This document shows positions 28,267 through 37,285 of a DNA stretch of 64,000 nt, piece after piece (the first letter of the stretch is position 1; every line of letters begins with the position of its first letter). The notes beneath the pieces were generated by a model that saw only the letters and a list, made by a program, of their open reading frames with translations, did no database searches and was not told the origin of the DNA. The translations under genes were made by a program, and so were the position numbers. Origin of the DNA: Oceanispirochaeta sp. (GTDB lineage Bacteria; Spirochaetota; Spirochaetia; DSM-2461); the NCBI GenBank assembly GCA_963666275.2, contig CAXXOA010000001.1:224001-288000 (forward strand). Reading direction: 5' to 3'.

Positions 28267-29286
28267 ATGATGGATAAAGAGTTAAGAGTCGGGCTTATCG
28301 GTACCGGTGCTATTGGAAGGACTCATATAGAAAGGATCAACGGGAAACTGCAGGGAGCGAAAGTTGTAGCCGCTGCGGATGTTAATACCGATTTCGGAAG
28401 AAAGGTTGCCGGGGAATATAGCCTGATGTCTTTTGATTCTCCCGAAGATCTGATCACATCTCCCGATGTGGACGCCGTGGTCATCTGTACTTCCGACGAA
28501 CATCATGAGCCTTTGACAGTCTCAGCCGTAAAAGCGGGAAAATTCGTGTTTTGTGAAAAACCGCTGGCTCCTACTGCGGAAGGGGCCAGACGAGTTGTGG
28601 ATGCCGAAGTTGCCGGAGGCAGAAAGCTGGTTCAGGTAGGATTCATGAGGCGCTATGACCCGGGATATGTTCAGCTGAAAGAGATGATTGACAGCGGGAA
28701 GATCGGAGAGGCCCTGATGCTTCACTGTGCACACAGGAATCCTGAAATACCCGGTAGTCTCGGTTGGGATGATTCCATGGCTGTGGAAAACTCTATGATC
28801 CATGAGATAGATGTTCTCAGGTGGCTGCTCGGGGAAGATTATGCCACAGCGGAAGTGGTATTTTCTAAAAAATCAAAAAATGCAGGTGAAGGCTACCAGG
28901 ACCCGCAGATCATGATTCTTACAACGAAATCCGGTGTCCGGATAGATGTGGAATCATTTGTGAACTGCAGATATGCCTATGATATTCAGTGTGAAGTGGT
29001 GTGTGAAGAAGGGGTAATACGTCTTCCTGAGCCGAATAATGCCCCTGTTCGTATGAATGCTTCTATTGTGAGTCCCATTTGTGAAAGCTGGTCTCAAAGG
29101 TTTGTCGATGCCTATAACCTGGAGTTTCAAGCCTGGATCAATGCTTCAAAGGCCGGTGTTGTTGACGGTCCGACTGCCTGGGACGGTTATGTCGCTGCTA
29201 TAACAGCAACGGCAGCCTCCAAAGCCCGGGTAGTACAGAAGCGGGTAGGTATTGAAATGGACGAGACTCCGGAATTCTATAAATAA
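28267..29286 (+). CDS. iolG: Inositol 2-dehydrogenase (Bacillus IolG-type Gfo/Idh/MocA)
   Basis: GTGAIG, CEKPLA, QVGFMRRYD, HCAHRN, IHEIDVLRWL, YDIQCEVV, GPTAWDGY. Confidence 0.85.
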   Translation: MMDKELRVGLIGTGAIGRTHIERINGKLQGAKVVAAADVNTDFGRKVAGEYSLMSFDSPEDLITSPDVDAVVICTSDEHHEPLTVSAVKAGKFVFCEKPLAPTAEGARRVVDAEVAGGRKLVQVGFMRRYDPGYVQLKEMIDSGKIGEALMLHCAHRNPEIPGSLGWDDSMAVENSMIHEIDVLRWLLGEDYATAEVVFSKKSKNAGEGYQDPQIMILTTKSGVRIDVESFVNCRYAYDIQCEVVCEEGVIRLPEPNNAPVRMNASIVSPICESWSQRFVDAYNLEFQAWINASKAGVVDGPTAWDGYVAAITATAASKARVVQKRVGIEMDETPEFYK

Positions 29287-29315
29287 CAATTCCCAGGAAC
29301 TTTAGGAGGTTTGAA

Positions 29316-30257
29316 ATGGAATTATCTATTTGTACAGATGTTTTCGGGGAGCTTTCTTTCCCGGATATGCTGGATAAAGTTAAAAGCTACGGCGTAAATT
29401 ATGTTGAAATGACTGCAGGAGGATGGTCTTCCTGCCCTCATGTTCGAACCCGGGAACTTCTGGAAGACCAGGAAAAATTGAATGCTTTCAAGGCTGAGCT
29501 TGAAAAACGGGACATGAAAATCGCCGCACTGAACTGTTCGGGAAATCCCTTGGTCAATAATGATATGGGAGAGGCTCATAGTCAAAGCGCCTATATGACG
29601 GCTGAACTGGCGGGAAAACTGGGTGTGCAAAAAATTGTCATGATGTCCGGCCTCCCTGAAGGGGCTCCCGGCGATAAGACTCCCAACTGGATTACATCTA
29701 CTGTTTCCTGGCCGGACTACATGGTGGAAACTGTCCGTTATCAATGGGAGGATGTGGCCTTCCCCTGGTGGAATAAGTTTGTAAAACATGCCGCAGCCCA
29801 TGGGGTGGAGCAGATCGCTCTGGAAGAGTTCCCCTGCCAGCTTGTCTACAACACCGAAACTCTTTTTCGCTTGCGGGATGAAGTGGGTTCCATGATTGGA
29901 ATGAACCTGGATCCGTCCCATCTTATTGCCATGGGTGCCGACCCTATCGCCGCTGCCAGAGCAACCGGAGATGCTATTTATCATATCCACGGTAAAGATG
30001 CCCGCATTGAGCGCGGGCTCTGCGATGTGAATGGATTGATGGAATACAAGCCTGTAACAGACACCGCTGAAAGGACCTGGAACTATGTGGCTGTGGGATG
30101 CGGCCAGGATCTGCAGTGGTGGAAGGAGTTCTTTTCTGTAGTCAGAATGACTGGTTACAACGGAATTGTCTCTCTGGAAATGGAAGATCTGACTATGAGC
30201 GTGGAAGCGGGAATGGCCACTTCCGTGGATGCCTTGAAACAGACTATTAGCCAATAG
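29316..30257 (+). CDS. Sugar phosphate isomerase/epimerase family TIM barrel
   Basis: Same 313-aa length and motifs as 5238-6179; SD AGGAGG. Confidence 0.88.
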   Translation: MELSICTDVFGELSFPDMLDKVKSYGVNYVEMTAGGWSSCPHVRTRELLEDQEKLNAFKAELEKRDMKIAALNCSGNPLVNNDMGEAHSQSAYMTAELAGKLGVQKIVMMSGLPEGAPGDKTPNWITSTVSWPDYMVETVRYQWEDVAFPWWNKFVKHAAAHGVEQIALEEFPCQLVYNTETLFRLRDEVGSMIGMNLDPSHLIAMGADPIAAARATGDAIYHIHGKDARIERGLCDVNGLMEYKPVTDTAERTWNYVAVGCGQDLQWWKEFFSVVRMTGYNGIVSLEMEDLTMSVEAGMATSVDALKQTISQ

Positions 30258-30276
30258 AAAATCTTAGGAGGATATT

Positions 30277-31170
30277 ATGAAAATTGCATTTGATGTGGAT
30301 ACTCTTGCCAGAGCGATGAATATTACCGATATGGTTCATCAGGTAGCCGACTGGGGATATAAATATATTGAACAGTCCCCCCATCCTCAGATTAATCCGT
30401 TTTACAAACACCCCCTTTTTTTCAGAGAGGTGGAAGCGGAGTATAAAAAAGCCCTGAATAAAACGGGAGTCGAACTCTCTTCGTTTATTGTTGTTTACAG
30501 ATGGTCCGGTCCGACGGAGGTGCAGAGACAGCATGCTGTAGCCAACTGGAAGAGGATTCTGGAAATTGCCGATTCCATGGGAGTCCGGGTTATTAATACG
30601 GAACTGTCGGGAGATCCCAATCAGCAGGAAATCTGCAATGGTATGTGGTTTCGGTCGATGGAAGAACTTCTTCCTCTGTTTGAAAAGTATGATATCAGAG
30701 TGGAGATTCAGTCTCATCCCTACGATTTCTGTGAATTGAATAATGAAACATGTGATATGGTGAAATCCTTCCGTTCCGATTATGTGAAGTATGTGTATTC
30801 GGCATCGCACGGCTTTTTTTATGATGAAGGAGACGGTGACGTCAGGAAGATGCTCAAATATGCCGGAGACGATCTCTCCCATGTGCTATTGGCAGATACC
30901 TATAATCAGACAGCAAAAGCCGGTGCCGGTTTAAGGTATATTGTGAATCCTCCCGGTGTAGATGCCACTATCCATCAGCACACACCCATGGGGTATGGCG
31001 ATGTGGACTTCGATGGGATTTTTGAAACTCTCAGAGGAATGGACTTCGCCAACAGAAAATTCAAAGTAGGAGGGGATTCTATTATCTGTGTTTCCTATTT
31101 CGGTTATCCAGAATTGATGGCAAAAGAAGCTCCGGCTGCCAGAGAGAGGATTGAGAAGGAACTTCTGTAG
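30277..31170 (+). CDS. iolH: IolH-like TIM barrel protein
   Basis: MKIAFD, GYKYIEQSPH, RWSGP, INTELSG, HPYDFCE, RYIVNPPG, HQH. Confidence 0.75.
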   Translation: MKIAFDVDTLARAMNITDMVHQVADWGYKYIEQSPHPQINPFYKHPLFFREVEAEYKKALNKTGVELSSFIVVYRWSGPTEVQRQHAVANWKRILEIADSMGVRVINTELSGDPNQQEICNGMWFRSMEELLPLFEKYDIRVEIQSHPYDFCELNNETCDMVKSFRSDYVKYVYSASHGFFYDEGDGDVRKMLKYAGDDLSHVLLADTYNQTAKAGAGLRYIVNPPGVDATIHQHTPMGYGDVDFDGIFETLRGMDFANRKFKVGGDSIICVSYFGYPELMAKEAPAARERIEKELL

Positions 31171-31229
31171 CACTTGCGTATTTATGAAATGATTTAACTC
31201 CTCTTGCCTAAATTATTTCTATCCGATTT

Positions 31230-31264
31230 CAGGTCAGGATCCATGGATTCTGACCTGTTTTTTT
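31230..31264 (+). terminator. Rho-independent terminator
   Basis: CAGGTCAGGATCC-AT-GGATTCTGACCTG followed by T7. Confidence 0.8.
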
Positions 31265-31502
31265 ATCCTCCCCTTTTTTTTCACAGGTCCTGGGTGCTAT
31301 TGCTGTATCAGTCAATAGTGTGTCATACAGGAAATATGATTGTTACGTTTAAGTAGGTTTTGATTTATTGCTCTGAGAAAATTGCCAAAAGTCTCTTATA
31401 AAATTCCTTTGAAAAGTAATATGGAAGAGTTTCAGATCTGAAGGTTCGGATCCTGACGAAAAAAGGATTGTCTTTTTCCCTTCTATCTCCGATGCTTATG
31501 CT

Positions 31503-33701
31503 ATGTTTCTTTCACGTTCGGACAAACAGAAAGGGCAGAAAAACTATCTGACCTATACCTTCATAAATGGGCTTGGTTACAGCTTTATGGCTGAAACTAT
31601 TATATATCTGATGGCGATGAATTTCGGGGCCGGGAACATGGCTCTGGGGTATATCTCCTCCGCTGTGTATCTGACCGGTGTTGTGATCTTTTTTGTTCCC
31701 CTGTTTTTTCCGGGGGTGAAAATCGTAAACCTGTTTTTTACAGCCTGGATGTTCAGAGGGGTCGTTGGCCTGTTCTATGGATTCACCCCTCTTGTGTCCC
31801 CTCACCTGGCTGTTTTCCTGATTGTACTGATCTATACTCTCTACTGTCTGCTCAGGAATGTGGCCTATCCCCTGAATCCAGTTATTCAGGGCATCATTAC
31901 AAAGCCTTCCGAGAGGGGGCATTTCGCCTCCCGGGTTATGATCTTCCTCTACAGTTCCATGACCCTTTCCCGGTTTATCAGTTTCAGTGTTCTCAGTTCC
32001 TTTGATACACGAGAACTGGATGGAATCCTGGTTCTGATCGCGCTGGGGATTGTCCTGAATACCGGTGCTTCCGTGGCCGTTAAACGGGTCCCTGTGCAGA
32101 ATAGAATTGAGAAGCGGAGTCTCCTGGAAGCTCTGAGGATTTTTACTTTTTACATTAAAAGCCCCCAGCATCTGCTTTTCATTCTTCTCTACTGCGGGGG
32201 GATGTCCCTTATCGTGCTTTTCAACTTTTCCATTCCCTTCCTGAGAAAAGTTTCCGGAGTTCCTTCCAACCTGATTTTTATATTTACAACCATCAATTTT
32301 CTGGGGGTAATAATCTCCAGCCGTCTGATCCGGCCTTTTCTGGACCGGTTCGGCAGTAAACCTCTTCTGACTCTGGTGAATCTTGTTATTTTTCTCCTCT
32401 CTCTCCTGTGGATTCCCGGGGACGGAGGTCTGGCGCTCTGGATCTACTTTCTGATGGGGTTTGTATCCATGTTTTTTATAGGTATGATCCGTCTCCTTGT
32501 GGAGAGGCTGGTTGTGAATACAATCCCCGAGGACGACCGGATCGGGTTTTCTTCGGCCATAGCGGTTGTCTTCTCTCTGGTTTCTCTTCTTGTGGGACTG
32601 AGTGGAGGAGCTCTGGCGGATGTGGCAGCTCTGCCGTCGGTGAAGGTTCCCCACGAATACTCTCTGACTTTCGGCCTGATGGGTCTTCTGGCACTTTTAA
32701 ACTTTACCCTTTCCCTTTTTCTCAAGGAGAGGGGGAGTCTGACGGCCAATCAGTTCCTGACGGTTCTGGCCAATCCAAAGAATCTGAAAACCATCCATAA
32801 TATCGACCTTCTCAAAAGGGTGAACAACCATGTCAGGAAGGAAGCGATCATGATTGAGCTGGAGTCGGACCAGAGCCATCTCGCCACGGAAGAGATCCGG
32901 AAACGCCTTCATCTTTCCACCTTCCGGGATAAGGAGATGGTCCTGCGCTCCCTGTTCTCCCATCCCCGCCCCGAATTGGAGGAGGAACTGATCCGGGAGG
33001 CCCTGGATCCCTTCTCCTGGTGGCGCCAGTCTGCCATTTTTGCCCTGGGGGCGTACCCTTCCCTTCAGTCTCAGAAGGCATTGCGGAAGATCATGAAGGA
33101 AAAATATCCCTATCTGCGCTCAGTGGCGGCCAAGTCCATGGCCCGGATAGGAGATTTTTCCTGCCATGAACAGATACTGGAGGCTCTGGGCACCCAGGGG
33201 CTGGACGTGAGGACCTATCTGAATATGATGATAGCTCTGTCTCTGATAGAGCGGGACGGACAGTACTGGAAGACCATTTTTCAGATGGCTTCCTGGAAGA
33301 GCAGTCACAGATTTATTCAGAGTCTGATGATTATAGGTTCCACCAGACAGAACTTTCAGCCCCCTCTGGCGGAACTCTATTACGAATTGAATCTTTCCGA
33401 GAAGGGGGGATTCGATTCTCTTCTGGAGGAGCTGGCGGATCTGAAAATGCCCGAAGAGGAATTTGACGGGATACTCAAAGACATCCGGGAGAAAAATTTC
33501 CTCTCCCTCTGGGGGTGGTGCCGCAGCCGATGCAAGATGTTCTCGCTTCTTGAGCCCTATGAGTGTCTGAGAAAGAGCATTGTGGATTACAGGAAGCGCT
33601 CTCTGAATCCCTCTCTGGTTCTGGCGGGGCTCTATTTTACCATGCAGCTTGAGCTCATCCATGAGAAGCACCTGAAGTCGTTAAAACATATGCCCGAATA
33701 G
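31503..33701 (+). CDS. MFS-like transporter fused to a C-terminal HEAT-repeat domain
   Basis: About 12 hydrophobic segments in the first ~410 aa with PSERG and DRFGSKP loops; then WRQSAIFALG and YLRSVAAKSMARIGD HEAT-like units. Confidence 0.7.
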   Translation: MFLSRSDKQKGQKNYLTYTFINGLGYSFMAETIIYLMAMNFGAGNMALGYISSAVYLTGVVIFFVPLFFPGVKIVNLFFTAWMFRGVVGLFYGFTPLVSPHLAVFLIVLIYTLYCLLRNVAYPLNPVIQGIITKPSERGHFASRVMIFLYSSMTLSRFISFSVLSSFDTRELDGILVLIALGIVLNTGASVAVKRVPVQNRIEKRSLLEALRIFTFYIKSPQHLLFILLYCGGMSLIVLFNFSIPFLRKVSGVPSNLIFIFTTINFLGVIISSRLIRPFLDRFGSKPLLTLVNLVIFLLSLLWIPGDGGLALWIYFLMGFVSMFFIGMIRLLVERLVVNTIPEDDRIGFSSAIAVVFSLVSLLVGLSGGALADVAALPSVKVPHEYSLTFGLMGLLALLNFTLSLFLKERGSLTANQFLTVLANPKNLKTIHNIDLLKRVNNHVRKEAIMIELESDQSHLATEEIRKRLHLSTFRDKEMVLRSLFSHPRPELEEELIREALDPFSWWRQSAIFALGAYPSLQSQKALRKIMKEKYPYLRSVAAKSMARIGDFSCHEQILEALGTQGLDVRTYLNMMIALSLIERDGQYWKTIFQMASWKSSHRFIQSLMIIGSTRQNFQPPLAELYYELNLSEKGGFDSLLEELADLKMPEEEFDGILKDIREKNFLSLWGWCRSRCKMFSLLEPYECLRKSIVDYRKRSLNPSLVLAGLYFTMQLELIHEKHLKSLKHMPE

Positions 33702-33738
33702 ATGGGGGAACCCTACCTGGTAGGAGTTCCCTTCCTAT

Positions 33739-34557
33739 TTATTCAAACAGATGGATTCTGCTTTCTATAATTCCTTTTTTGAGTTCTTCCAGGGGGAGGT
33801 TCTGAATCTTTGAGGAAAAAGGCTCATAGGAGAAAATAGCCTCGCATCCCAGTTTCAGGAGTTCTGTAACCTGGGCTTTATTGTCCATGATATCATTTCT
33901 GTCCACAAGGACACGGTCCTCATCTGTAATTTCTTCTTTAGACTTACCCGGATATACTCCAGATACATGTACAAGACCTGTATGTTCGGGAAAAAACTCT
34001 TTTTCATTACTCAGATAGTGATGGAATGTGTCGTGGGTCACTTTGTAGAGATCTTCCAGATCGGTAGCTATAATCGCATCTACAGCCTGCTTTTTGTACC
34101 TCACACTGCAGATTTCAAATCCCAGAGGTTCAATAAGGCCTGTTGTTCCGGTTTCTCTGAAAAGGGGAGCATAGGTTTTAAGAGAGTCTTCCAGATCTTT
34201 TTTCTGATCTTCCGGGGATCTGTCATCATCCGGATCATTGACAGGGCAAAGTACAATAACTTTACATTCTATACTGAGAGCTTCTTTTATAAGATCCTGA
34301 AGCTCTTTTTTCTTTTCCGGAAACAGCTTGGGGTCATTAAATCTCTGAAGAGCATTGATAGTCAGGATGCTGATTCCCTTTTCCTTCGCTTTTGCCCTGA
34401 TTTCCTCGGCAGACTGTCCTCCTTTGATGGTAGGATCCTTGAGATCGTTCCGCAGTTCAATGCCCCCGAACCCTGTATCTGCTGCAAATTCTATAAAGTC
34501 TGTTACAGATATGGCAGGGCTGGCAATCCTGTTTACAGATAGTTTTTCTGGTTTCAC
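33739..34557 (-). CDS. iolI: IolI-like inosose isomerase (TIM barrel)
   Basis: GIELRNDL, TINALQRFN, LCPVND, GLIEPLGF, DTFHH, VHVSGV, SYEPFS; GTG start after AAGGAGG. Confidence 0.7.
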   Translation of the reverse strand: MKPEKLSVNRIASPAISVTDFIEFAADTGFGGIELRNDLKDPTIKGGQSAEEIRAKAKEKGISILTINALQRFNDPKLFPEKKKELQDLIKEALSIECKVIVLCPVNDPDDDRSPEDQKKDLEDSLKTYAPLFRETGTTGLIEPLGFEICSVRYKKQAVDAIIATDLEDLYKVTHDTFHHYLSNEKEFFPEHTGLVHVSGVYPGKSKEEITDEDRVLVDRNDIMDNKAQVTELLKLGCEAIFSYEPFSSKIQNLPLEELKKGIIESRIHLFE

Positions 34558-34587
34558 GGTGGTTTATCCTCCTTTATTTTCTGTTCT

Positions 34588-34633
34588 ATTGTAGCATAGT
34601 CAGTAGGTATGTCAACTTAATTGAAATACTTAG
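34588..34633 (-). promoter_or_regulatory. Promoter of the iolI-like gene with upstream operator
   Basis: Minus strand: CTAAGT-ATTTCA-ATTAAG then TTGACA-16 nt-(TGC)TACAAT. Confidence 0.65.
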
Positions 34634-34677
34634 TTTTCAAACTGATTAAGCATTGTCATAGTTTGTAAGATGAAGGA

Positions 34678-35907
34678 TTAATCCATCAGAAAATACTTGT
34701 CTATTCCGTAGGCCGCGGCGCCGGTGAGAGTATTGATGGAGTCTTCGCTTTTAAAGCGTATTTCCGTTGTTCTTTCCGCAAGCCGGGGAAGGGCTATCTC
34801 CCCTATGTTTTCCAGAAGTTTCTGTTCGAAGAAGCGGCTGCCGCAGGCGTAATCGCCTTCTATCAGAATCATGTCGGGATCAAAAAACATGATCACCTGG
34901 GAGATCGATAGAGCCAGCCACTGGGCCGCCTCGTCTGTGAGGGCCATCCCCAGGGGGTCCTTCCTGTCGGCGGCTTTCAGTATAGTACAGATGCCTATAT
35001 TGTCGGGTGAGAGATCTTTCAGGGAAGAGCCGGGAAACTCCGGAGCCCTCTGGATCAGATTCTGTTTCAGCCGGTCAAGGCTGATCTGCTGTTCCAGGCA
35101 TCCTCTGCTCCCGCAGGCGCAGGTCTCCCTGTCCTGCCTGTTGACCCTGATATGACCGATTTCACCGGAAAGATAGTGCTTACCCAGGTAGATCTCACCG
35201 TTCATGATGACTCCCGAACTGATGCCGTGCCAGCCCGCATCGATAAGTACCACCGTATCGTGACCCCTGGCTGTTCCCAGCCGGCTCTCGCCGAACACTT
35301 TGTATCTGGTCCAGGAATCGATATGGATGGGGCAGGGGAGTTCCAGTTTTTCCTGAAGGATCTCCCTGAGGTTGGTAAATGTTCCCCAGGAGGGGAAGTG
35401 GGTGGACTGGATGCAGATTCCCGATTCAGGATTCACATTGCCGTGGATTCCCACAAGGCAGGACAGTATCTTTTCACTTGATGGATCAATCTGATCCTGC
35501 CTTTCCAGAATCCGCTTCATTTTGTCGGCGATCCCGGGAAAAGGATCGTTCAGAGCCATAGGCTCGCTGTCGCTGTAAATGGTGCGGTATTTCAGATCTG
35601 TAATACAGAAGTCGATGGAATTGTATTTTACATGGAAGGCCAGGAGGAAATTCCTCCGGGAATTGAAACGGAAAATGGCCGGCCTTTTACCGCCCTCTTC
35701 TGTGGAATCCCCCTTGCCTGCGTCAATAATAACCTCTTTTTCAAGGAGTTCCTCATTGATCTTCATGACAGTCGTCCGGCTGAGTTTTATGATTTTTGCA
35801 ATCTCTGAAACTGACAGGATCTCCTTTTCTCTGTAGAGATCCGTGATGATCTGGATGTTACGGGACCGGATGTTTTTAGGCTTTCTTCCCAGGGTAGGAC
35901 TGTTCAT
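34678..35907 (-). CDS. ROK family transcriptional regulator
   Basis: LSRTTVMKI, EEGGKRP, GEIGHI, CACGSRGCLE; start placed at MNSPTLGRK (35907) by alignment with the two paralogs. Confidence 0.9.
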   Translation of the reverse strand: MNSPTLGRKPKNIRSRNIQIITDLYREKEILSVSEIAKIIKLSRTTVMKINEELLEKEVIIDAGKGDSTEEGGKRPAIFRFNSRRNFLLAFHVKYNSIDFCITDLKYRTIYSDSEPMALNDPFPGIADKMKRILERQDQIDPSSEKILSCLVGIHGNVNPESGICIQSTHFPSWGTFTNLREILQEKLELPCPIHIDSWTRYKVFGESRLGTARGHDTVVLIDAGWHGISSGVIMNGEIYLGKHYLSGEIGHIRVNRQDRETCACGSRGCLEQQISLDRLKQNLIQRAPEFPGSSLKDLSPDNIGICTILKAADRKDPLGMALTDEAAQWLALSISQVIMFFDPDMILIEGDYACGSRFFEQKLLENIGEIALPRLAERTTEIRFKSEDSINTLTGAAAYGIDKYFLMD

Positions 35908-36087
35908 CGTTTCATCATAAAGGCAAAGGATTTTTTGCGTCAAGTTAAATGTGAAACAATGTAACGTAACATAGAAACGAAATATTGTTGACAAACTGAA
36001 AAGGCAGGCCTAGAATGACTGACAGGAAAGGCTTTTTCCGGTCTTTCCTCCCTGAAAAATGAGAATAGAATTAAGAGAGGATTTTAT

Positions 36088-37104
36088 ATGTCTGAGAAAG
36101 TTGTCATCGGCATAGTGGGAGCGGGAAGAATCGCCCATGTTCATGCCAAGAGTCTCTTCTTTCACATTCCCGATGCGGAAGTGAAAATGATTGCCGACCC
36201 CTACCTGTCTCCCCAGGCGGAAGAGTGGGCTGCCAAGTTCGGTATTAAAAATACAAGTAAAGACTACAAAGATATTATTAATGACCCTGAAATCGATGCT
36301 GTTCTTGTCTGTTCTTCTACAGATACACATGCTCAGATCACTCAGGAAGCCGCCAAAGCGGGAAAGCATGTTTTCTGCGAAAAACCGATAGATCATGATG
36401 TCAAACAGATCAAGGAAACCCTTGAGATTGTTAAAAAGGCGGGCGTTCAGCTTCAGGTCGGGTTCAACCGCCGGTTTGACCACAACTTCAAAGCTCTGAG
36501 GGATGCGGTTGTAAGCAAGAAAATCGGAGATCTCCATATGGTGAAGGTCACCTCCCGGGATCCCGGTGCTCCCCCCATCGAGTATGTGAAAGTTTCCGGC
36601 GGTATGTTCATGGATATGACTATCCACGACTTTGACATGGTTCGCTTCCTTACGGGCAGCGAAGTCAAGAATGTCTATGCTTCCGCCGCTGTACTGGTAG
36701 ACAAGAAAATCGGGGAAGCCGGTGATATCGATACTGCCGTGATTACCATGGAAATGGAAAACGGAACCATCGCTGTGATCGACAACTCACGGGAAGCTGT
36801 CTACGGTTATGACCAGAGAGCCGAGGTCTTCGGTTCCAAAGGGGCAGTTGCCACCGGCAATGATACCCTTAATACGGCTGTGTTCAGCTCTGCCGACGGT
36901 GTTACAGCAGAAAAACCCCTCTTCTTTTTCCTGGAGCGGTATGAACAGGCTTTTGCCGATGAGATGAAAGCTTTTGTAGACGCTATCAATAAGGGAGAGG
37001 AAACTCCTGTTACCGGTATGGATGGTCTGAGACCTGTGCTGATTGCCGAAGCGGCCAATAGATCTCTGAAATCAGGAAAGAAAGAACCTGTAGAATCTGT
37101 CTGA
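36088..37104 (+). CDS. iolG: myo-Inositol 2-dehydrogenase
   Basis: GAGRIA, CEKP, GFNRRFD, SRDP, DMTIHDFD, YGYDQRAE; SD GAGG; paralog of 17257-18276. Confidence 0.88.
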   Translation: MSEKVVIGIVGAGRIAHVHAKSLFFHIPDAEVKMIADPYLSPQAEEWAAKFGIKNTSKDYKDIINDPEIDAVLVCSSTDTHAQITQEAAKAGKHVFCEKPIDHDVKQIKETLEIVKKAGVQLQVGFNRRFDHNFKALRDAVVSKKIGDLHMVKVTSRDPGAPPIEYVKVSGGMFMDMTIHDFDMVRFLTGSEVKNVYASAAVLVDKKIGEAGDIDTAVITMEMENGTIAVIDNSREAVYGYDQRAEVFGSKGAVATGNDTLNTAVFSSADGVTAEKPLFFFLERYEQAFADEMKAFVDAINKGEETPVTGMDGLRPVLIAEAANRSLKSGKKEPVESV

Positions 37105-37285
37105 AAAACAGGGACTCGTTAGAAAGGGGGAAGAGGATGCAGAACTGCTGTGTTCTCTCCTCCTCTTTTTTTAAAAAGTAATGAAAAAGCGATTTTTTTC
37201 TTACCAGATATTATACTATAGGGTCTATGAACAGCTTTTTTCGACAGTTCCTGACCGGCAGGTTTTCCCGGTGCGGTAATCTCTC

